Assembly (NCBI GenBank): GCA_038322045.1 | Contig: JBBQFP010000001.1 | Span: 38,409-102,408, forward strand | Direction: 5' to 3' | DNA from: Actinomycetes bacterium | GTDB lineage: Bacteria; Actinomycetota; Actinomycetes; JBBQFP01 | Length of the DNA stretch: 64,000 nucleotides | Shown: positions 38,963 through 48,940 of the stretch, piece by piece | How positions within the stretch are numbered: the stretch's first letter is position 1 | Layout: each line of letters begins with the position of its first letter | Translations under genes and position numbers: made by a program | Notes under the pieces: generated by a model | Told to the model about the DNA's origin: nothing | Databases searched by the model: none | Seen by the model: only the letters and a program-made list of their open reading frames with translations

Positions 38963-41130
38963 ATGACGATCCGCCGACCCGCCAAAGGGCCGAACGCTCC
39001 GGTGACTGCTGAGGCTGTGGCGGTGACGGAGATCGGGGTGCTCGCGGCCCTCTGCGCCGTCTCGACCGCTCCCGCCGCCGACCTCGAGCAGGCCCTTCAG
39101 GCGATCACCGACGCCGCCGTCGCCCACCTCGGGTTCCGGACCGCCTCGATCGCCACCGTCCAGGTCGACGGCAGCATGCAGACCGCCGCGGTCAGCGGCG
39201 ACGGGACGCCCTCCTGCGAGGCGCTCTCCGCCCCCCTGCAGGGGTCCGACGGCGCGATGGTCGGCGTGCTCACCGTGGGCGAGCCGCGGGAGGGGTGCAC
39301 GCCCCCCGCCCACTGCCCCGAGCTCCTCGGCGTCCTCGCAGCACAGGCGGCCAACGTTGTCGCCACCGCGCAGCTGCGTGCCAGCCTCGAGGCGAGCGTG
39401 CAGACGGCCCGTGCGAGCGAGGAGCGGCTGCGACGGCTCTTCGACGACAGTCCCGTCGGGAAGGCCATGACCGATGAGAGCGGCAGGCTCGTCGAGGTCA
39501 ACGCCAGCTTCGCGAGGATGCTCGCCGTCAGGGCCGAGGATCTGCTCGGCCGGCCCTACCTCACCCTTACCCACGCCGACGACTGGACGGCGACCGAGCA
39601 CGCCATGCGACGAGTGCGGGTCGACGAGGCGCCGGTGAGGCTCAGTACCCGACTCATCCGACCGGACGGCTCGCTGCGCTGGGCCGACGTGACGATGACG
39701 CCGTCCGGCTCGGGCACCGGGACGCGCACGGTGCTCCTCCAGGTCGAGGACATCACCGAGCGGGTCACCTCCGTCCAGGCGCTGGAGCAGCACAGCCGCA
39801 GCGACCCGCTGACGCGGCTGGCGAACCGATTCGCTCTCACCCGTGCGCTCGCCTCGTTGCAGCCGGCGGCCGGCCCCGACACCCCGGCGGCGCTCGTCGT
39901 CGTCGACCTCGACCACTTCGCGAGGGTCAACGAGGGGCACGGCCGCGCCGGGGGCGACGTCGTCCTCGTGGCGACGGCGGAGACGCTCCGTGCCGTCCGC
40001 AGCCGCCACCGCGAGGTCGTCGAGGTGGCGAGGCTCGGCGCTGACGAGTTCGCCGTCCTGGTCGCGCCGTGCACCGAGGCTCAGGCGGCCTCGCTGGCCG
40101 ACGAGATCCTCGCCCAGATCTCGGCACCGGTGCACTTCCTCGGGGGTGGCCTCGTCGTCACGGCGAGCGCCGGGGTCGCGGTCGCGCGCGAAGCGTGCAC
40201 CTGGCCCGAGCAGCTGCTGGGCGACGCCGACGCCGCGATGCACCTGGCCAAGAACCGAGGCGGTGACCGCTGGGAGGCCTTCGCGCCGTCGATGCGCGTC
40301 CAGGCGCAGTCACGGGCCGAGCTCGAGGCCGACCTGCGAACCGCGATGCTCGACGGCGGCGTCGTGGTCCATTACCAGCCGGTCGTCGACCTGGACTCGG
40401 GGTCGCTCGTCGGCTCGAGGCGCTCGTCCGGCTGGACTCGCCCTCGCGGGGGCTCGTCCTGCCCGGCGAGTTCATCGCCATCGCCGAGCACACGGGGCTC
40501 ATCGTCCCCCTCGGCGCCCACGTTCTCGAGACGGCGTGCCAACAGGTCGCCGAGTGGTCGCGCGCGCACGGCAGCGCACTCGTCCTCGCGGTCAACGTCT
40601 CCGCCCGCCAAGCGGCTCGGGCCGGGTTCTCCGACCTCGTGCTCTCCGCCCTGGAGCGCTCCGGCCTGCCGCCGCACCGGCTCTCCCTGGAGCTCACCGA
40701 GTCCGCGCTGCTCGAGGCGGCCCCCGCGACGATCAGCCAGCTCCGCGGGCTGCGCGCCGCTGGCATCGGGCTCGGCATCGACGACTTCGGCACGGGCTAC
40801 GCCTCGCTGACCTACCTGCGCAACCTGCCGGTGAGCTTCATCAAGGTCGACCGATCGTTCGCCGCGAGCCTGCCGCACGACGCGCACGCCCTGGCCATCG
40901 TCCGGGCGGTCACCACGCTGGCGACCGACCTCGGCCTGGGCTGCGTGGTCGAAGGCATCGAGCGCACCGAGCAGCTCGAGGTCCTGCGTGGACGGGGGCT
41001 GCTCGCCCAGGGCTACCTGCTCGGCCGGCCGGCCCCTGCGGCTGAACTCGAACCGCTGCTGGCGGCGGCGGCGCGCCGAGCCGACGGACGCCGCGGCGAC
41101 GGCACCGCCTTGGGGTCGCTGGCCGGCTGA
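38963..41130 (+). pseudogene. GAF-PAS-GGDEF-EAL protein interrupted by a 1-nt frameshift near 40413/40414
   Basis: Frame 2 encodes the GAF, PAS and GGDEF (degenerate RLGADEF) domains up to HYQPVVDLDSGSLVG. The EAL domain (LEALVRLDSPSRGLVLPGEFIAIAEHTGLI...ELTES...DDFGTGYASL...KVDRSF...EGIE) continues in frame 1 from 40414. The Gly codon at 40412-40413 lacks its third base. Confidence 0.85.
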
Positions 41131-41149
41131 GCCGTCCGCCGAGAGACCC

Positions 41150-41944
41150 TCAGCTCTCGCCGTCGTCGATGTCGATGACGACGGGGGCGTGGTCGGAGGG
41201 ACCCTTGCCCTTGCGTGCCTCGCGGTCGACATAGGCGCCCCGGACGTCGGCCGCCAGCGGCGCGGAGGCGTAGACGAGGTCGATGCGCATCCCCATGTCC
41301 TTGTGGAAGCACCCCGCCCGGTAGTCCCAGTACGTGTAGGGGTGCGGGCCCTTCTGCGGCGTCGGGACGACGTCGACGAGGCCCAGCGCTCGCAACGACG
41401 CCAGCGCCTCCCGCTCCGGCGCGGTCACGTGGGTGGACCCGACGAACGCCGTCGGGTCCCACACGTCCTCGTCGGCAGGGGCGACGTTGAAGTCCCCGCA
41501 CAGGGCGAGCCGCGCGACGTCGCGAAGCTCGGCCTCGGTGGCGTCGCGCAGGGCGGCGAACCAGTCCAGCTTGTAGGCGTAGTGGGGGTCCTCCGGGGTG
41601 CGCCCGTTGGGGACGTAGAGGGACCAGACCCGCACGCCGCCGCACGTGGCACCCACGGCACGGGCCTCGACCGAGGGCGGCTCGCCGAAGGCCGGCTGGC
41701 CCGGCAGGTGACGGGTCACGTCATCGAGCCCGACCCGGGAGAGCAGGGCGACGCCGTTCCACCGGCCGTCGCCGTGTGAGGCCACCGTGTAGCCCAGGGC
41801 CTCGACCTGCGCGGCGGGGAAGGCGTCGTCGGCGCACTTGGTCTCTTGCAGGCACACGACGTCCGGGGCGGCCGACTCGAGCCAGTCGAGCAGTCTCGGC
41901 AGCCGGGCCCCCACGGAGTTGACGTTCCACGTCGCGAGTCTCAT
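41150..41944 (-). CDS. xthA: Exodeoxyribonuclease III
   Basis: From ATG 41944 the product reads MRLATWNVNS...VVCLQETK...GDFNVAP...SDHAPVVIDI (EEP nuclease motifs). Length is 264 aa. Confidence 0.94.
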   Translation of the reverse strand: MRLATWNVNSVGARLPRLLDWLESAAPDVVCLQETKCADDAFPAAQVEALGYTVASHGDGRWNGVALLSRVGLDDVTRHLPGQPAFGEPPSVEARAVGATCGGVRVWSLYVPNGRTPEDPHYAYKLDWFAALRDATEAELRDVARLALCGDFNVAPADEDVWDPTAFVGSTHVTAPEREALASLRALGLVDVVPTPQKGPHPYTYWDYRAGCFHKDMGMRIDLVYASAPLAADVRGAYVDREARKGKGPSDHAPVVIDIDDGES

Positions 41945-41985
41945 GCGCCCAGCCTGCCAGCCCCGGCACCTCGACGGCGGGTCGG

Positions 41986-42477
41986 CTAGCGGCGGTGCCG
42001 GAAGGCCGGCGGCACGACGACGACCGGGCACCGGGAGTGCGCGACGCAGTGCTGGCTCACCGAGCCAAGGAGCATCCCGGCGAACTCCCCGTGGCCACGG
42101 CTGCCGAGGACCATGAGCGTGGCGTCGGCCGCCTCGTGGAGGAGTACCGGAGAGGGGTGCCCCTCGAGGACGCTGCCGCGGACGACGACGTCGCCGGCAC
42201 CGCCCTCGCCGACGACCTCCGCCAGGACGGCGTCCTGGACCGCCTTGGCGTCGCTGCTGAGGTCGACGTCGAGCGGGACGGCGACGCTCCACCCGTAGGC
42301 CGTCGGGTACTCCCACGTCGTGACGAGGTGCACGGTGAGGCCGGTGAGCCGCGCGTAGACCAGCGCCCAGCGCAGCGCGTCCTTGGACGACTCCGAACCG
42401 TCGATGCCGACGACGACGACCGGCTGCACGGCCGCGGGGGGCCGGGGCTCACGGGACTGGCTCTGCTGCTGGGACAT
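41986..42477 (-). CDS. Universal stress protein (UspA family)
   Basis: Called from ATG 42477. The product has VVVGIDGSESSKDALRWA...LMVLGSRGHGEFAGMLLGSVSQHCVAHSRCPVVVV. Confidence 0.88.
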   Translation of the reverse strand: MSQQQSQSREPRPPAAVQPVVVVGIDGSESSKDALRWALVYARLTGLTVHLVTTWEYPTAYGWSVAVPLDVDLSSDAKAVQDAVLAEVVGEGGAGDVVVRGSVLEGHPSPVLLHEAADATLMVLGSRGHGEFAGMLLGSVSQHCVAHSRCPVVVVPPAFRHRR

Positions 42478-42541
42478 GCCGCCTCCTCGGTCGTCAGGTG
42501 CGGGCCACCTGGCACCCGCAGGACCCATGCTGCCCCTTCGC

Positions 42542-45500
42542 TCAGTCGCTGGGGGCGGGACGTCCGAAGAGCCAGCCTTGACCTGCGTCACACCCCAGCG
42601 CGGTGAGGACCTGCGCCTGCACCTGGGTCTCGACGCCCTCGGCGATGACCGTCATGCCGTGAGCGTGGGCGAGGTCGACGATCGCGGTGACCACGACCTC
42701 GGCCCGCGGCTCGATCCCCAGACGCGAGACGAAGCTCCGGTCGATCTTGAGGAAGTCGAGCTCGAAGGCCTGGAGGTACGCCAGGGCGGAGTACCCCGTG
42801 CCGAAGTCGTCGATCCCGACGGCGACGCCGAGCTCGGAGACCCGCCGGATCGACTCCTTCACCGCGGGGTTGCCGAACATGAGCACGCTCTCGGTGAGCT
42901 CTACCGAGAGGCGGTCCGGCGCCACCGCATGGTGCCGCAACGCCCGCTCGAGCTGGACGACGAAGCCGGGCTGCTCGAGGGTGCGACCCGAGACGTTGAC
43001 GGCGACCCGGCCCCTGCTGGCCGGATGAGCCGCCAGCCAGGTGACCGCCTCCTCCATGACCCAGGCGTCGACCCGGGAGACGAGCCCGCTGTCCTCGGCG
43101 ACCTCGATGAAGTCCGCAGGCATGACGACCGAGCCGTCGGCGTCGAGCAGCCGGACGAGGGCCTCGGCCCCCTGGACCTCGCCCGTCGCGAGCCCGACGA
43201 CCGGCTGGAGGTACATCCGTAGACCGCCCTCGTCGAGGGCCCGGCGCAGCACCGACTCGACGCCCACCCTCTCGAGCGCCCGCGCCCGCAGCGCCGAGTC
43301 GAAGACGGCGACCCGGTCACGGCCGGTGTCCTTGGCGTGGTAGAGCGCGAGGTCTGCCTCGCGGACGAGGTCGTCCGGGGTGACCCCGGCCTGGGTAGCC
43401 ACGGCGATGCCGACGCTCACCGTGGCGACGACGACGTCGCCCGTCGGCAGCTCGTACGGCAGGCGCATCGTCTCGACGACGCGGGCGGCGACCTGCCCCA
43501 CGTCGAGGGCGGACCTCGCCTGGTCGATGAGGACGACGAACTCGTCGCCGCCCTGCCGGGCCACGGTGCTCCCCCGGCGGCACACCGACGTCAGCCGCCG
43601 GGCCACCTCGACGAGCAGGGTGTCACCGACCTGGTGGCCCAGGCTGTCGTTGACGAGCTTGAAGCGGTCGACGTCGAGGAGCAGGAGGCCGACGACGGCG
43701 CCGGGGTGCCGAGGCAGCTGGTCGATCGCGTGCCGGAGCCGGTCGTCGAGCAACGTCCGGTTCGCGAGGCCGGTGAGCCCGTCGGTGAGGGCCAGGCGCG
43801 AGAGCTCGGCCTCCTGCTCGCGGCGGGCCGTGACGTCGAGGACGTGGGAGATGAGGTAGAGCGGCTGACCGTCGTCGTCGAGCACCGTCGACTCGGTCAC
43901 CCACGCGTGCACCCAACGGCCGTCCGGGTGCTGAAAGCGCCGCTCGAAGGCGTGGGCGGGCTCCCCCGCGACGAGTCCGCTCAGCCGGTCGCCGGCGTCG
44001 TGCGGGTCCGGAGAGAGCACGAGCGCGGACCCCGCGAGCAGCTCGTCGCGGCTACGACCGAGCATCTCGGCCAGGGCGGCGTTGACCCGCATGAGGGTGC
44101 CTGTGCCCCCCGGCCGTAGGTCGGTCATCGCCATCCCGATGGGTGCCTCGTCGAAGGCCGCCCGCAGCTGTCGCTCCCGCATCTCGACCTCGTGGACGCC
44201 GAGCTCGCGCTCGGTGACGTCGAGCGTCGCCCCGCGCAGGCCGACGATGTGCCCGTCGTCGTCCTGGGTGGCGTCGGTCCACGCCTGGAGGAACCGGATC
44301 TCGCCGTCCGGACGGATGATCCGGAAGACGTGGTGGAAACCGATGCCCTCGGCGACGGCCCGCTGCTCCAGGTCGTCGCAGGAGTGGCGGTCCTCGGGGT
44401 GCTTGAGCTCCCGCCACCGGTCGGCCGTCATCCTCGACCCGGGCGTTTCCCCGACGAGGCGGTACATGCCCTCGGACCAGTCGAGGTCGCCGGCATCGAG
44501 GTCCCACGTCCAGAAGCCCACCTGCAGCAGGCCCTGGGCGTCGGCGAGCCGGTGCTCGGAGTCGCTGAGGGCAGGCCCGAGCGCGACCTGCTCGGCGATG
44601 TCGAGGACGGTGCCGAAGGAGCGGCTCGGGAGCTCCTCCCCCGGCAAGGTCTGCAGCGAGTGCCACATCTTGAGGACGCGGTAGTGGCCGTCGTTTCCCA
44701 GCACGCGCAGGACGAGGCTGCGCGGCTCGATCTCGCCCCGCTCGCGGTGGACCGTGGCGGCGAGGGCGGTCCGGTCGTCGGGGTGGACGAGCTCCCGAAA
44801 CTCCTGCGCCGTGGGCGCCGGGGAGGACGGGTCGCGGCCGACGAGCGCGTACATCTGCGGGCTCCACGTGTGCGTGTCCGCCCGCAGGTCGCGCTCCCAC
44901 CACGCCAGCCCGGTGAGCTCCCCTGCGGCCTCGAGCCGCCTGCGGCTCACCTCGAGGGCCTGGGCCCCGCGCCCGGGCCGCGGTGACGTCGGTGAAGGTG
45001 ACGACGACGGCGGCCGGCCGACCCTCTGGTGTCGCGGGCGGCGCCGGCGACGGGGCCAACGGCACGGCGTTGACCTGCAGCCAGCGCACCGTCCCCCCGA
45101 CGTCGAGGCCGATGACCCGGTGCTTCTGGGAGGTGCCGGCCGCCATGGCGGCGCGGACCGGGCCGGTGCCGGCCTCCAGGGGCCCGCCGTCCTCCCCGAG
45201 CAGCCTGCCCCAGTCACCGAAGAGCTTCTGCCCGGCCATCCAGCCGGGGGGGACGTCGAGCAGGGCGTTCGCGGCGACGTTCGCCATGATGACGACGCCC
45301 TCGCGGTCGAGGAGCAGCACCCCCTCGTCGAGGGAGGCGAACACCGTCTCCATGAGCAGCTCTCGCTCGTGGAGCGCCTCGGTGGCCGCGGCCTCTCCCT
45401 GAGAGGCGAGGACCCGCTCCAGCCGCGCGGCCGCGAGGTCACCGAGCATGCTCAAGAGCCGCAGGTGCACCTCGTCGAAGCGTCCCGGCGACGGCGAGGA

Positions 45501-45962
45501 CGCCTTGAGCAGGCCGATGACCTCGCCCCCGAGACGCAGCGGAGCCGTGACGGAGGAGAGCACGTCGCGCTCGCGCGAGAGCCGGACGTCGGTGCGCGGG
45601 TCGGTACGGACGTCGGTGCACAGCACCGGCTCGCCGGTGAGCAGGACGAGGCCGGAGATCGTCCCGACGACGGGCATGACATCGCCGACGCGCGCCACGG
45701 GGTGGCCGGCCACGGCCTTGGCGACGATGGTGTCCCCGACCTGCGTCGCCACCGCGGCGAACTCGCTGCCGAGCAGGGCGGTGATCTGCCGGCACGTCAC
45801 GTCGAGGACGGCGTCGTCGGGGGCGGCGACGATCGCGGAGTGCGCCTCGTGGAGGCGCTGGAGCGCCCGGAGGGTGTCAGCGTCCGCTGACACGGCCGAC
45901 GCGGGGAGGCTGCTCACCGAGGCATCGTCCTCCCCGACGCGTCCCGGGGGCCAACCAGGCAC
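42542..45962 (-). pseudogene. GAF-PAS(x3-4)-GGDEF-EAL protein interrupted by a 1-nt frameshift in the C4 run 44965-44968
   Basis: The N-terminal 330 aa (GAF plus the first PAS, ...VVVTFTDVTAARAR) are in the frame of ORF 44052..45962. The remainder (AQALEVSRRRLEAAGEL..., further PAS domains, RQGGDEF, EALVRL, DDFGTGYSAL) is in the frame of ORF 42542..45442. Removing one C from 44965-44968 restores a single about 1139-aa ORF. Confidence 0.85.
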
Positions 45963-45988
45963 ACGGCGGCCACTGCGGCCCGTCGGGC

Positions 45989-46975
45989 TCAGGCTTCCTC
46001 ACCATCGACGCGACAGGTGTCGCGACCGCCGATCTTGGCCTGGTAGAGCAGCCTGTCTGCACGGCGCAGCAGCGCGGAGGCGTCGTCGTCTGCCGTGACC
46101 AGGGAGCCGCCGACGGAGACCCGCAACGGGACCTCGACGCCGGAGGCGACGAGCCGGGTGCTGGCGACCAGCGCGCGCAACCGCTCCGCGGTCGCGACGA
46201 GCTGGGGCCGCTGGACGTGCGGCAGGACGACGACGAACTCCTCGCCACCGATGCGGGCGACGGTGTCGCTGGGCCGCACGCCGTAGCCGAGGGTGCGTCC
46301 GACGAGGCGCAGGGCCTCGTCGCCGACGCCGTGACCGAAGCCGTCGTTGACCGACTTGAACCGGTCGAGGTCGAGGAAGAGGACGCCGAAGGCCACGTGG
46401 TAGCGACGCCAGGCGTCGAGCCGCGCCTCGAGCTCGCGGTCGAGCCTGCGGCGGTTGCCGACGCCGGTGAGGGCATCGGCGAGCGAGAGCTCCTCGAGCT
46501 CGGCCAGCCGTCGGGCCGCCGCCACGGCGGCCGTGTCGTCGCTGAACACCTCGACCGCACCGGTGACCTGGCCGGTCGCCGCGTCCCGCAGGGGCGAGGC
46601 CCGCACGCTCACCGGCTGCAGGTGACCCTCGCGGTGGTGCATCCAGATCCGGGCGTCCCGGTCGACGCCGTCGCGCATCGACGCCAGCAGGGGGCATCGG
46701 CTGCCGCAGAGCCCGACGCCCTGGTCGTCGACGTGGTTGAGCGTGGCGTCCCAGCAGTGCCGGCCGACGACGTCCTCGGCCCGGAAGCCGGAGAGCCGCT
46801 CGGCGCCCTTGCTCCAGTAGGTGATCCGCCGCTCGCGGTCGACGAAGTACACCCCGTCGCTCATCGCATCGAGCACCTGGGCGAAGAAGGTGTCGTCGTC
46901 GGTCACCGGTCGGCCTCTCGCGTAGGCGGCGGCATGCTCGCCCAGGGGGCCGGGAGACGCACGCCTCCCCTCCAT
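45989..46975 (-). CDS. PAS-domain diguanylate cyclase (GGDEF)
   Basis: Called from ATG 46975. It has a PAS domain (VYFVDRERRITYWSKGAERLSG), a GGDEF domain with RIGGEEF and an I-site RPSD five residues upstream. Confidence 0.9.
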   Translation of the reverse strand: MEGRRASPGPLGEHAAAYARGRPVTDDDTFFAQVLDAMSDGVYFVDRERRITYWSKGAERLSGFRAEDVVGRHCWDATLNHVDDQGVGLCGSRCPLLASMRDGVDRDARIWMHHREGHLQPVSVRASPLRDAATGQVTGAVEVFSDDTAAVAAARRLAELEELSLADALTGVGNRRRLDRELEARLDAWRRYHVAFGVLFLDLDRFKSVNDGFGHGVGDEALRLVGRTLGYGVRPSDTVARIGGEEFVVVLPHVQRPQLVATAERLRALVASTRLVASGVEVPLRVSVGGSLVTADDDASALLRRADRLLYQAKIGGRDTCRVDGEEA

Positions 46976-47006
46976 CGACCATGGCGGGGGGCTCCTTGAG
47001 CCGTGA

Positions 47007-47342
47007 AGGGCGTGCGCGCGGTCCGCTCGCGGACCGCGCGACACCGGCGACGAGCCGATCGCCGGGGACGGGGACGCCGCACTCCTGGCGCGGTGCCGGG
47101 AGGAGCTCGCCGAGTACTTCGACGGCCGGCGCGAGCGGTTCACCGTGCCGCTCGAGGCCACCGGCACGCCCTTCCAGCTGCTCGTGTGGCAGGAGCTGCG
47201 GGCGATCCCCTACGGCACGACGATCTCCTACGGTGAGCTGGCTCGCCGCGTCGTCGGCGCCGACGGGTCCCTCACCGGCTTCGGGGGTGGCATGACGGCG
47301 AAGCGGATCCTGCTCGACCTCGAGGCCGCCTCGCTGTTCTGA
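47007..47342 (+). pseudogene. ogt: Remnant of methylated-DNA--protein-cysteine methyltransferase (Ogt/MGMT)
   Basis: The frame opens after the TGA at 47004-47006 with no ATG. It reads ...LAEYFDGRRERFTVPLEATGTPFQLLVWQELRAIPYGTTISYGELARR|VVGADGSLTGFGGG...KRILLDLE. The about 25-30 aa that normally carry the PCHR active site between ELARR and VVGADG are missing, as is the N-terminal domain. Confidence 0.65.
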
Positions 47343-47392
47343 GGGACCTTCGCCCCGGGGGTGCGTCCCTCCCCCACGCCTAGCGTTGCCTC

Positions 47393-48940
47393 ATGGAGAT
47401 GCTCGAGCTGCGCGCCCTCGTCAGCAGTGTCGTCACCGACCCCACCCTGACCTACGCGCAACGGGTGCACCGCCTCGCCGGGCTCGCCGAGAACGCGCTG
47501 GTGGCCCCGCCGGTGAGCGAGGCGTGCCGGGCGGCGCTCGACAAGCGCGTCATCTGCGACATGTACGAGGGAGCGGCGCCGTACCGCCCGCGCTACGTGC
47601 TGCCCGACTACGCCCGGCTGCTCGCTGCGGGCTCGGCGTTCCTCGAGCTACCGGCGGCGCGCGACCTCGACGAGGCGCTGACGACCCTCCTCGTCGCGTA
47701 CACGCAGGTGCCGTCGATCACCGGCTACCCCGTCTACGTCGGCGACCTCGACGTCCTCCTCGAGCCGTTCGTCAGCGGGCTCTCCGACGCCGAGCTCGAC
47801 CGCAGGCTGCGGTTGTTCTGGGTCTCCCTCGACCGGATCCTGCCCGACGCCTTCACCCACGCCGACCTCGGCCCGGACGACGGACGGGTCGTGCGCGCCA
47901 TCCTCCGCCTCGAGCGCGAGCTGCTCCAGGTCGTGCCGAACCTCACGCTCCGGGTCGACCCCGAGCGCACCCCCGGCTCCCTCGTGCTCGACGCCGTCGA
48001 GACGGTCTTCGCGTGCGGCAAGCCGCACTTCGTCAACCACCCGATGATGGTCGCCGACCTCGGCGAGCGCTACGCCGCGGTGAGCTGCTACAACTCCCTG
48101 CCGATCGGGGGCGGGGCGCACACGCTCGTGCGGCTCAACCTGCGCGAGGTGGTCCTCGCCCACAGCGGCAGCATCGAGGAGCTCTTCGCGACGACGATCC
48201 CGCACTACGTCGAGCTGACCGCAGAGCTCATGGAGTCCCGGATCCGGTTCCTCGTGGAGCAGGCTCGCTTCTACGAGCACAGCTGGCTCGTCGACGAGGG
48301 GCTCGTCAGCCCCGACAGGTTCTCAGCGATGTTCGGGGTCTTCGGCCTCGCCGAGGCGGTCGACCTGCTCATGGAGCGGGACGGCAGCGAGCAGACGTAC
48401 GGTCACGGCGCCGACGCCGACGCCGTGTCCTACCGCATCACCCGGCGCGTGGCAGAGATCGTCGCCGCGCGGCCGCAGCCCTACTGCGAGGGCAACGGTG
48501 GCCGCGCGTTCCTCCACTCCCAGTCCGGCATCGACCTCGACGAGGGCACGACGGCAGGTACCCGGATCCCGGTGGGTTCCGAGCCGCCGCTGCCCGACCA
48601 CCTCGCCACCGTGGCGCCGCACCACCGGCTGTTCACCGCGGGCGTCAGCGACGTCCTGGCGTTCGACGACACCGCCCGGGCGAACCCCGAGGCTGTCGTC
48701 GACGTCATCAGGGGCGCCTTCCTCTCAGGCATGCGTGATGTCACCTTCAACCTGGACAGCAACGACTTCGTCCGTATCACCGGCTACCTCGTCCGCAAGT
48801 CCGACCTTGCCCGCACCGAGCACGGTGCCAGGCACGCCAGCACGTTCCTCGGAGCGGGAGCGATGCAGACGGCACACCTGGCCGACCGCCGCCCGAAGCG
48901 GGTGATCAGCCGTGAGAGCGCCCCTCGGGCTGGTGGCTGA
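47393..48940 (+). CDS. yjjI: YjjI-family glycyl-radical enzyme-like protein (DUF3029/TIGR04040 type)
   Basis: 515-aa ORF, the same size as E. coli YjjI. The C-terminal FVRITGYLV contains an RxxG[YF] glycyl-radical-type motif with Gly at 48782-48784. It is followed by a radical-SAM activase. The family call is from memory of YjjI features. Confidence 0.78.
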   Translation: MEMLELRALVSSVVTDPTLTYAQRVHRLAGLAENALVAPPVSEACRAALDKRVICDMYEGAAPYRPRYVLPDYARLLAAGSAFLELPAARDLDEALTTLLVAYTQVPSITGYPVYVGDLDVLLEPFVSGLSDAELDRRLRLFWVSLDRILPDAFTHADLGPDDGRVVRAILRLERELLQVVPNLTLRVDPERTPGSLVLDAVETVFACGKPHFVNHPMMVADLGERYAAVSCYNSLPIGGGAHTLVRLNLREVVLAHSGSIEELFATTIPHYVELTAELMESRIRFLVEQARFYEHSWLVDEGLVSPDRFSAMFGVFGLAEAVDLLMERDGSEQTYGHGADADAVSYRITRRVAEIVAARPQPYCEGNGGRAFLHSQSGIDLDEGTTAGTRIPVGSEPPLPDHLATVAPHHRLFTAGVSDVLAFDDTARANPEAVVDVIRGAFLSGMRDVTFNLDSNDFVRITGYLVRKSDLARTEHGARHASTFLGAGAMQTAHLADRRPKRVISRESAPRAGG

